A DNA stretch of 48,831 nt. It comes from Deltaproteobacteria bacterium (GTDB taxonomy: Bacteria; Desulfobacterota; GWC2-55-46; S146-80). Each line of letters starts with the position of its first letter. Positions within the stretch are counted from its first letter, which is position 1. Of the stretch, positions 41,394 to 48,831 are shown piece by piece. Location of the stretch: NCBI GenBank assembly GCA_015492305.1, contig WGFJ01000023.1, forward strand, positions 1-48,831, in the 5' to 3' direction. The notes under the pieces are model-generated. The model made no database searches and had not been told where the DNA came from. It saw only the letters and a list, made by a program, of their open reading frames with translations. Both the position numbers and the translations under genes were made by a program.

Positions 41394-42240
41394 TACAGGG
41401 GTCCTCGGGATATTCGGTCACCCGGTGAGCCATTCCCTGTCGCCTCTGATGCAGAATGCTGCCCTTGAAGCCTGTGGGCTGAACATGGTCTACCTTGCCT
41501 TTGATGTCGACAGGGAGGAACTCTGCAACGCAGTCAGGGCCATAAGGGCATTGAAGCTGATCGGTGTTAATGTGACCATACCCCATAAGGAAGGGGTCAT
41601 CAAGTATCTGGATGAGGTCGTGGGAGATGCCCTCATATGCGGGTCCGTGAATACCATCCTCAATGATAAGGGAAGGCTCAGGGGTTTCAGCACCGATGGT
41701 GAGGGGTATGTGAGGTCCCTTGCAGAGGAAGGGGTGGACCTTGAGGGTAAAAGGGTGCTTGTCCTCGGTGCAGGAGGGGCTGCAAAGGGCATAGTCCTTG
41801 CCATCCTCAAGAGAAGACCAAGATCCATTACCATATCCAACAGGACCCCTGAAAGGGCAGAGGATCTGTTGAAGAGGTTTGAGGGGATGGAAAGGGTGAA
41901 GATGGAGGCCATACCCTTTGATCATGAGGCACTGGCAGGGGTAATGAAGAGGACAGACCTCCTTATAAACACGACTCCCCTGGGTATGGAGGGCAGGGAA
42001 CCCCTGAGGCTTCCACTCCATCATCTTCCAGAGGGGGCCGTTGTCTCCGATATCGTTTACAAACCGGTGAAGACCCCCCTTCTCAAAGAGGCCGAGGGCC
42101 TTGGCTACAAGACCATAGATGGGGTGGGTATGCTGGTGGAACAGGGGGCGATGAGCTTTGAGATCTGGACAGGTATCAGGCCACCGAAGGGACTTATGAG
42201 GGATGTTGTCATTAAGGCCTTAAGTGAACTTGACACATAA
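41377..42240 (+). CDS. aroE: shikimate dehydrogenase
   Basis: GIFGHPVSHSLSPLMQNAA, NVTIPHK, NTI...G.STDG, LGAGGAAKG and NRT, TPLGM. ATG 41377 is preferred over the track start at 41353. Confidence 0.88.
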   Translation: MEIRGDTGVLGIFGHPVSHSLSPLMQNAALEACGLNMVYLAFDVDREELCNAVRAIRALKLIGVNVTIPHKEGVIKYLDEVVGDALICGSVNTILNDKGRLRGFSTDGEGYVRSLAEEGVDLEGKRVLVLGAGGAAKGIVLAILKRRPRSITISNRTPERAEDLLKRFEGMERVKMEAIPFDHEALAGVMKRTDLLINTTPLGMEGREPLRLPLHHLPEGAVVSDIVYKPVKTPLLKEAEGLGYKTIDGVGMLVEQGAMSFEIWTGIRPPKGLMRDVVIKALSELDT

Positions 42241-42292
42241 CCGATACTTTTATAAGATAGGAAGGATTGCCCCCTTGAAGGACCTATGACCC

Positions 42293-43993
42293 ATGTCCCT
42301 TATACTCGATAGACTGGGAGAGCTTCTCCTGAAAGAAGGGCTCATAACGAAGGCCCAGCTTGAAAAGGCTGTTGGGGAGCAGAAGAACAAGGGCGGGAAG
42401 ATAGGTTCTAACCTCGTAAAGCTCGGCTTTATAGACGAAAAGACCCTCACTTCATTCCTGAGCAAGCAGTTTGGTGTCCCCCCTGTTGATCTTGCCACAG
42501 AAGAGATAGATCCAGAGGTCCTGAAGCTTGTTCCCGAAAGCATTGCCCAGAAGTACCTCCTCATCCCTGTGAAGAGAAAGGGTTCCACCCTCTATGTGGC
42601 TATGGCCGACCCATCAAACATATTTGCCATAGACGACATAAAGTTTCTTACCGGATACAACGTTGAGCCCCTTGTTGCCTCTGAGATCGCCATAAAGGAG
42701 GCCATCGACAGATACTATGACTCTGCCACCACCCTTGCAGACATAGTTGCCGGCTTTGAAGGTGAGGAGATTGAGGTGGTGGGAGAAGAGGAAGAAGAAG
42801 ATGTGGTCGATCTCAAGAAGGCAACGGAAGAGGCACCTGTAATAAAGCTTGTGAACCTCATCCTCACCGATGCCATCAAGAAGGGGGCAAGTGACATACA
42901 CATAGAGCCCTACGAAAAGGAGATGAGGGTGAGGTTCAGGATCGACGGCGTCCTTCACGAGATCATGAAGCCACCCCTCAAGCTCAAAAATGCCATTGTA
43001 TCACGCATAAAGATCATGTCCCAGCTCGATATTGCTGAAAGGAGGCTTCCCCAGGATGGCAGGATAAAGCTCAAGATGAAGGACAGGGACATAGACTTCA
43101 GGGTCTCCGTCCTTCCCACCATCTTCGGAGAGAAGGTGGTCTTAAGGATCCTGGACAAGTCAAACCTCCAGCTGGACATGAGGAAGCTCGGATTCGAGGA
43201 GAAGGCCCTGAAGGACTTTATGGATGCCATCCACAAGCCGTGGGGGATGGTCCTTGTCACGGGTCCGACAGGAAGCGGCAAGACCACGACCCTATACTCG
43301 GCCCTGACAGAGTTGAACAAGGTAACGGAAAACATCTCCACAGCAGAGGACCCTGTTGAGTATAACCTCCCTGGCATAAACCAGGTTCAGATGCACGAAG
43401 AGATAGGCCTCAACTTTGCCACAGCCCTGAGGGCCTTCCTCAGACAGGACCCTGACATCATCATGGTGGGTGAGATAAGGGACTACGAGACCGCAGAGAT
43501 TGCTGTGAAGGCCGCCCTTACAGGTCATCTCGTCCTTTCCACCCTCCACACAAACGATGCCCCCAGCACTGTAAGCAGACTCCTGAACATGGGCATAGAG
43601 CCCTTCCTCATAGCCTCCTCTGTGAACCTCATACTCGCCCAGAGGCTTGCAAGGAGGATATGCACCGAGTGCAAGGAAGAGGTGAAGGTCCATCCCCAGG
43701 CGCTGATAGATCTGGGGGTCCATCCCGATGAGGCAAAGGATTTTGTGTGCTACAAGGGGAGGGGGTGCCCCAACTGTGGAAATACGGGATACAAGGGAAG
43801 GATCGCCCTCTATGAGGTGATGCCCATGCATGAGGAGCTGAAGGAACTCGTTCTGAACGGTGCCTCTGCAGGGGAGATAAAGAAGGAGGCCGTAAGGCTT
43901 GGCATGAAGACCCTGAGGCAGAGTGGTATAACAAAGGTGAAGGAAGGCACAACGACCATAGAAGAGGTTTTAAGGGTTACAATGGCAGATTGA
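42293..43993 (+). CDS. pilB: type IV pilus assembly ATPase PilB (GspE family) with N-terminal MshEN motifs
   Basis: Walker A is GPTGSGKTTTLY, with AEDPVEY and GEIRD. The tetracysteine is CTEC...CPNC. The N-terminus reads RLGELLLKEGLITKAQLEKAVGEQ-KNKGG-KIGSNLVKLGFIDEKTLTSFLSKQ. Confidence 0.92.
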   Translation: MSLILDRLGELLLKEGLITKAQLEKAVGEQKNKGGKIGSNLVKLGFIDEKTLTSFLSKQFGVPPVDLATEEIDPEVLKLVPESIAQKYLLIPVKRKGSTLYVAMADPSNIFAIDDIKFLTGYNVEPLVASEIAIKEAIDRYYDSATTLADIVAGFEGEEIEVVGEEEEEDVVDLKKATEEAPVIKLVNLILTDAIKKGASDIHIEPYEKEMRVRFRIDGVLHEIMKPPLKLKNAIVSRIKIMSQLDIAERRLPQDGRIKLKMKDRDIDFRVSVLPTIFGEKVVLRILDKSNLQLDMRKLGFEEKALKDFMDAIHKPWGMVLVTGPTGSGKTTTLYSALTELNKVTENISTAEDPVEYNLPGINQVQMHEEIGLNFATALRAFLRQDPDIIMVGEIRDYETAEIAVKAALTGHLVLSTLHTNDAPSTVSRLLNMGIEPFLIASSVNLILAQRLARRICTECKEEVKVHPQALIDLGVHPDEAKDFVCYKGRGCPNCGNTGYKGRIALYEVMPMHEELKELVLNGASAGEIKKEAVRLGMKTLRQSGITKVKEGTTTIEEVLRVTMAD

Positions 43994-44004
43994 TGGAGGT
44001 GTAG

Positions 44005-45105
44005 ATGGCAGAGACCCTTTTCAACCTTCTGAAACTCATGATAGACCAGAATGCTTCTGACCTCCATATAACAGCCGGTTCCCCTCCAAGACTCAGGATA
44101 AACGGCAAGCTTGTCCCCATAGATGCCCCGCCGCTCACCCCCACGGAGACAAAGAAACTCTGCTACAGTGTCCTTACGGATAGTCAGAAGAAGAAGTTTG
44201 AGGAGGAAGAGGAGCTCGACTTTTCCTTCGGGGTGAAGGGCCTGTCGAGGTTCAGGGGGAACCTCTTTGTCCAGAGGGGGGCTGTGGCAGGTGCCTTCAG
44301 GCTCATACCATGGGAGATAAAGGGCTTTGCCGAGCTTGGCCTTCCCCCTGTGGTGGCAGAGCTTGCAAGAAAACCAAGGGGCCTTATCCTTGTGACAGGG
44401 CCAACTGGAAGCGGGAAGTCCACGACCCTTGCGGCAATGATCGACAAGATAAATACCGAGAGGGAGGAGCACATCATCACCATTGAGGACCCCATCGAGT
44501 ACCTCCACCCTTCAAAGAAGGCCCTTGTCAACCAGAGGGAGGTGGGAAGCGACACACAGAGCTTCAAGAAGGCCCTGAAGCATGTGCTCAGACAGGACCC
44601 TGATGTGGTCCTGCTCGGGGAGATGAGGGATCTTGAGACCATAGAGACGGCACTCACCATAGCGGAGACAGGCCATCTCTGCCTTGCAACGCTCCATACC
44701 AACACGGCCGTCCAGACGATAAACAGGATCATCGATGTCTTTCCATCCCATCAGCAGCCACAGGTGAGGGCACAGCTTTCCTTCGTCCTTGAGGGTGTGA
44801 TATCCCAGCTCCTCATCCCCAGGGCAGATGGCAAGGGCAGGGTCCTTGCTGTTGAGGTGATGGTGCCCAATGCAGCCATAAGGAACCTCATAAGGGAGGA
44901 TAAGGTCCACCAGATCTACTCACAGATGCAGGTGGGCCAGGCAAAGTTCGGTATGCAGACCATGAACCAGTCCCTCTTTGCCCTCTACAGGAGGGGCTTG
45001 ATCACCCTTGAAGACGCCATAGGGAGGAGCCCTGAACCTGATGAACTGAAACAGATGCTTGCCAATGCAGGAGCCGTGAAGAGGACCATGAAGACCCAGA
45101 TCTGA
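44005..45105 (+). CDS. pilT: twitching-motility retraction ATPase PilT
   Basis: ASDLHITAGSPPRLRINGKL, GPTGSGKSTTLAAMI, IEDPIEY, LGEMRD and HLCLATLHTN. Confidence 0.92.
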   Translation: MAETLFNLLKLMIDQNASDLHITAGSPPRLRINGKLVPIDAPPLTPTETKKLCYSVLTDSQKKKFEEEEELDFSFGVKGLSRFRGNLFVQRGAVAGAFRLIPWEIKGFAELGLPPVVAELARKPRGLILVTGPTGSGKSTTLAAMIDKINTEREEHIITIEDPIEYLHPSKKALVNQREVGSDTQSFKKALKHVLRQDPDVVLLGEMRDLETIETALTIAETGHLCLATLHTNTAVQTINRIIDVFPSHQQPQVRAQLSFVLEGVISQLLIPRADGKGRVLAVEVMVPNAAIRNLIREDKVHQIYSQMQVGQAKFGMQTMNQSLFALYRRGLITLEDAIGRSPEPDELKQMLANAGAVKRTMKTQI

Positions 45106-45127
45106 ATCCCGGTTTAAGAGGTGGACC

Positions 45128-46345
45128 ATGCCCGTATACGTATGGGAAGGAAGGACCATCAAGGGGGAGAAGAGGAAGGGAGAGATAGAGGCCGGCAATC
45201 CCTCCATAGCATCTGCGATCCTGAGGAGACAGCAGATCATCCCCCTGAGCATCAAGGAAAAGGGCAAGGGCCTTTCCATGGAGATAAAGCTTCCCTCCTT
45301 TGGAGGGGGCGTGAAGGAGAAGGAGCTTGTTGTCTTCACCAGGCAGTTTGCAACGATGATAGATGCAGGTCTTCCCCTGGTCCAGTGCCTTGATATCCTT
45401 GCTTCACAGCAGAAGAACAAGGTCTTTCAGAAGGTCATCTACGATGTGAAGGCCGATGTGGAAGGTGGTTCCACCTTTGCAGAGGCCCTGAAAAAACATC
45501 CAAAGGTATTCAGCGAACTCTATGTGAACCTTGTGGCAGCAGGGGAGGTGGGTGGTGTGCTCGACACCATACTGAACCGCCTTTCCCTCTTTATGGAGAA
45601 GGCCATAAAACTGAAGAGCAAGGTGAAGGGGGCAATGGTCTATCCTGCAAGCATACTCGCCATAGCGATAATAGTGGTTATCATCCTCCTTACCTATGTG
45701 ATACCCACCTTCAAGCAGATGTTCGAAGGCATGGGAGGCGCCCTGCCAGGGCCAACCCAGTTTGTGATAAACCTGAGTGAGTGGACCCAGGGTCACATCC
45801 TCTACATCCTCGGTGGGATGGTCCTCTTTGCCGTTGCAATATACAGGATCTACAAGACCGAGAGGGGAAGGAAGGTCATAGATACACTCCTCCTCAAGGC
45901 ACCCATCTTCGGGGATCTGATAAGGAAGGTCTCGGTTGCAAGGTTTACAAGGACCCTGGCAACGATGATAACAAGTGGTGTGCCCATCCTGGAGGCCCTT
46001 GACATAGTGGCAAAGACGGCAGGGAACAAGGTTGTTGAAGAGGCAATCCTCACTACAAAGGCCCATGTGAGTGAGGGGAAGCCCCTTGCCGAGCCCCTTG
46101 AACAGACAGCCGTCTTTCCCCCCATGGTGGTCCAGATGATCGCCGTTGGTGAGGCCACGGGTGCGATGGATGCCATGCTCACCAAGATAGCCGACTTCTA
46201 CGATGAGGAGGTTGATGCCGCTGTTGAGGCCCTTACATCCCTTCTTGAGCCCCTCCTCATGATCTTTCTGGGGGTCATCATAGGTGGGATGGTCATCACC
46301 ATGTATCTTCCCATATTCAAGATGGCAGGAGGGCTTGGAGGCTAA
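45128..46345 (+). CDS. pilC: type IV pilus platform protein PilC (GspF family)
   Basis: 405 aa with two GspF repeats (FTRQFATMIDAGLPL / FTRTLATMITSGVPI) and three TM segments. Confidence 0.9.
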   Translation: MPVYVWEGRTIKGEKRKGEIEAGNPSIASAILRRQQIIPLSIKEKGKGLSMEIKLPSFGGGVKEKELVVFTRQFATMIDAGLPLVQCLDILASQQKNKVFQKVIYDVKADVEGGSTFAEALKKHPKVFSELYVNLVAAGEVGGVLDTILNRLSLFMEKAIKLKSKVKGAMVYPASILAIAIIVVIILLTYVIPTFKQMFEGMGGALPGPTQFVINLSEWTQGHILYILGGMVLFAVAIYRIYKTERGRKVIDTLLLKAPIFGDLIRKVSVARFTRTLATMITSGVPILEALDIVAKTAGNKVVEEAILTTKAHVSEGKPLAEPLEQTAVFPPMVVQMIAVGEATGAMDAMLTKIADFYDEEVDAAVEALTSLLEPLLMIFLGVIIGGMVITMYLPIFKMAGGLGG

Positions 46346-46365
46346 ACATCCTTTATACCCGGAAG

Positions 46366-47961
46366 ATGGAGCCCCTCAAGGACCGGATAAAGATCCTCAT
46401 AGCCTTTCGCCTCCTCCTTACCCTGATATTCCTTGGAGCCACCGTATGGATCCATTACAGGGAGCTGAAATCGGCCCTCCAGCCTGCCCTCTACCCCTTT
46501 TACGGTATAATCGTGATCGTCTGCCTCCTCACCATTGCCTATTCCTTCCTGTTGAAGAGGGTAAGGAGGCTTGATGTCTTTGCCTACTTCCAGCTCTTTG
46601 CCGATGTCTCCATCATCACAATGGTCGTGTTCCTTACAGGGGGTGTGGAGAGCCCGCTCCTTTTCCTCTACATCCTTGCCATCATAGGTGGGAGCATGCT
46701 CCTTGGACGGAGTGGAGGCTTTGCCGTATCGTCGATAAGCAGCCTTTCCTATGGTCTCCTTGTGGATCTTCAATTTTATGGCCTCTTCCCCTGGTCCCTG
46801 GCCATGGCCCCATCCGTTGAGATGCCAAACTCAACAACCACACTCTACAACCTCTTTATCGCCATTACCGCCTTCTTCACCGTTGCCCTTCTCAGCGGGT
46901 ACCTTGCCGAAAGGGTGAGGAGGATGGAGACGGAACTCGATGCGGCAAAGGTGGACTACGAGAGGCTTGAGTCCCTTAGCAGGAACATCATAGAGAACAT
47001 AGGAAGCGGGATAATGACCATCGATAGAGATGGCAGGATCACCTCCTTCAACAGGGCTGCTGAAAGGATCACAGGCCTTTCCTTTGAGGAGGTCTATCTC
47101 AAGGGGATAGAGGAGGTCTTCCCTGACTTCAGGGAGATGGAGGGGAAGAGATCCCTTCCCAGGGGGGAGATGGTTTTCAGGGGAAAGGGAGGGGAGGAAC
47201 TCTTCCTTGGATTCTCCATATCGCCCCTTAAAGAAGGGGGGGAGGAGAGGGGGGCGGTCATAATCTTTCAGGATATGACCCAGTTGAAGAAGATGGAAGA
47301 GGAGGCCCGGAGGAACGACAGGCTCAGGGCACTCGGGGAGCTTGCTGCAGGGATGGCCCATGAGATAAGGAATCCCCTTGCATCCATAAGTGGGTCTATC
47401 CAGGTCCTTAAAGAGGATCTGAAGGGGTTGAACGAGGAGGACAGACATCTCATGGACATCATCTTGACAGAGGCAGAGAGGCTGAACAACCTCATAGCAG
47501 ACTTCCTCGTGTTTGCGCGACCTGCACCGAAGAAGAAGGGGGTATCCCTCAAGGCCCTTGCAGAGGAGACGCTTGAGCTGTTATGTTCAAGGAGGGATCT
47601 CAAGGACGTAAAGGTGGTGAAGGAGATGGAGGATATCAGGGTCTTTGTTGATCCAGAGCAGATGAGGCAGGTATTCTGGAACCTCTTCCTCAATGCCATC
47701 GAGGCCATGGATGGAAGGGGTATACTTCGGGTCGGGATAAGGAGGAATGGAAGGGGTGGGGCGGAGATAACCGTCTCTGATACAGGGAAGGGCATAAAGA
47801 GGGAATATGGAGAGAAGATTTTCGATCCCTTCTTTACCACCAAGGATATGGGTATAGGGGTGGGTCTTTCGGTGGTTCATCGGATCATAGAGGGCCACAA
47901 CGGATCCATAACATTTGAAAGCAAGGAAGGTGAGGGAACGACCTTCAGGATCACCCTGTGA
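46366..47961 (+). CDS. pilS: PilS-like sensor histidine kinase
   Basis: N-terminal multi-TM region, a PAS-like segment (IMTIDRDGRITSFNRAAERITG), H-box MAHEIRNPL, and HATPase N/G boxes (NLFLNAIEA, DTGKGI, GIGVGLS). Confidence 0.8.
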   Translation: MEPLKDRIKILIAFRLLLTLIFLGATVWIHYRELKSALQPALYPFYGIIVIVCLLTIAYSFLLKRVRRLDVFAYFQLFADVSIITMVVFLTGGVESPLLFLYILAIIGGSMLLGRSGGFAVSSISSLSYGLLVDLQFYGLFPWSLAMAPSVEMPNSTTTLYNLFIAITAFFTVALLSGYLAERVRRMETELDAAKVDYERLESLSRNIIENIGSGIMTIDRDGRITSFNRAAERITGLSFEEVYLKGIEEVFPDFREMEGKRSLPRGEMVFRGKGGEELFLGFSISPLKEGGEERGAVIIFQDMTQLKKMEEEARRNDRLRALGELAAGMAHEIRNPLASISGSIQVLKEDLKGLNEEDRHLMDIILTEAERLNNLIADFLVFARPAPKKKGVSLKALAEETLELLCSRRDLKDVKVVKEMEDIRVFVDPEQMRQVFWNLFLNAIEAMDGRGILRVGIRRNGRGGAEITVSDTGKGIKREYGEKIFDPFFTTKDMGIGVGLSVVHRIIEGHNGSITFESKEGEGTTFRITL

Positions 47962-48831
47962 TGAAGGATCACATCCTCATAGTGGATGATGAGAGGAGCA
48001 TGAGGGAGTTTCTGAGGATAACCCTCAGGAAGGGGGGCTACAGGGTTTCTACCGCCTCAAACCCCTTTGAAGCTCTGGACCTCATCTCAAAGGAACTCTT
48101 CGATCTCGTAATAACCGATATAAAGATGCCCCAGATGGACGGGATAGAGCTTCTTAAGAGGATCAAGGCCCTGAATAGCAACATCCCTGTCATCATGATA
48201 ACCGCTTATGCCTCTGTTGATACCGCTGTGGAGGCCATGAAGGAAGGTGCCTATGACTACATCTCAAAGCCCTTCAATGTGGAAGAACTTAAGCACCTCA
48301 TAGGTAACGCCCTGGAGAGAAAGAGACTCGAACGGGAGAACATCCTTTTGAAGAGGGAGTTGAGGGGACACCTTGGCTTTGGAGAGATAGAAGGGATAGG
48401 GGAGATCGTTGGAAGAAGCCCGAAGATGAAGGAGATCTACGAGCTTGTTCTCAAGGTGGCAGGAACCAACACCAACATCTTCATAACCGGTGAAAGCGGG
48501 GTGGGAAAGGAACTGATAGCAAGGGCGATCCACAGGGAAAGTCCCAGGAAGGATGGTCCGTTTGTTCCTGTAAACTGCGGGGCCATTCCTTCGGAACTGA
48601 TGGAGAGTGAACTCTTCGGGTATGAAAAAGGGGCCTTTACCGGGGCCGTATCAACGAAAAAGGGGCTCTTTGAGGTAGCCCATGGTGGTACCCTCTTCCT
48701 CGACGAGGTCACAGAGCTTGCCCCCCACCTGCAGGTAAAGCTCTTGAGGGCGATCCAGGACAGGCGGATAAGGAGGCTTGGTGGTGTGGAGGATATAGTG
48801 GTGGATGTGAGGATCATAAGTGCAACCAACA
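47961..48831 (+). CDS. pilR: PilR-like sigma54-dependent response regulator (3' end beyond window)
   Basis: Not in the ORF track because it is truncated. The ATG overlaps the pilS stop (TGATG). The receiver reads MKDHILIVDDERSMREFL...DLVITDIKMPQMDG...KP, followed by AAA+ motifs GESGVGKEL and ESELFGYEKGAFTGA. Confidence 0.88.
   Translation, partial: MKDHILIVDDERSMREFLRITLRKGGYRVSTASNPFEALDLISKELFDLVITDIKMPQMDGIELLKRIKALNSNIPVIMITAYASVDTAVEAMKEGAYDYISKPFNVEELKHLIGNALERKRLERENILLKRELRGHLGFGEIEGIGEIVGRSPKMKEIYELVLKVAGTNTNIFITGESGVGKELIARAIHRESPRKDGPFVPVNCGAIPSELMESELFGYEKGAFTGAVSTKKGLFEVAHGGTLFLDEVTELAPHLQVKLLRAIQDRRIRRLGGVEDIVVDVRIISATN

Overview
This 48.8-kb window looks like a bacterial chromosome segment from a thermophile-like organism. 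Coding regions are rich in AGG/AAG/GAG/CTC codons, which also creates many long antisense 'shadow' ORFs. All calls rest on reading the sequence and on motif recall; no database search was possible.

Gene order, left to right:
- ileS (5' part, minus strand) preceded by a small ORF.
- A TPP-riboswitch-controlled operon thiH(HydG-like)-thiS-thiG-lgt-thiE-thiC.
- A REC-GAF-GGDEF diguanylate cyclase.
- tRNA-Thr(CGU) carrying a ~6.9-kb integrative element (7886-14780). It is bounded by a 47-bp direct repeat of the tRNA 3' half. It encodes a tyrosine integrase, an unannotated RHH gene, an Xis-like HTH protein, several uncharacterised ORFs and a Toprim primase/helicase.
- A decayed accessory patch with CRISPR-repeat-like fragments and a MerR-HicB fusion followed by a frameshifted hicA.
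- Alpha-carbonic anhydrase, adenine deaminase, an SNase-like nuclease, a HAMP protein and putA.
- tRNA-Ala(GGC) followed by an RHS polymorphic-toxin locus: a core-fragment scar, a 4-TM candidate immunity gene and a 1358-aa RHS protein with an unrecognised 74-aa Cys-rich tip.
- A GT-A glycosyltransferase with an MshEN-like C-terminus.
- ubiD-ubiG, archaeal-type PEP carboxylase, a sigma54 activator with an N-terminal PilZ-like region, a LuxR-type regulator, dinB and tRNA-Leu(CAG).
- rnr, ubiB, ribF, aroE and pilB-pilT-pilC-pilS-pilR (the last truncated at the window end).

The most interesting candidates are the RHS tip/immunity cassette, the cargo and RNA leader of the tRNA-Thr element, the MerR-HicB/hicA locus, the HydG-type ThiH, and a cluster of c-di-GMP-linked domain fusions.
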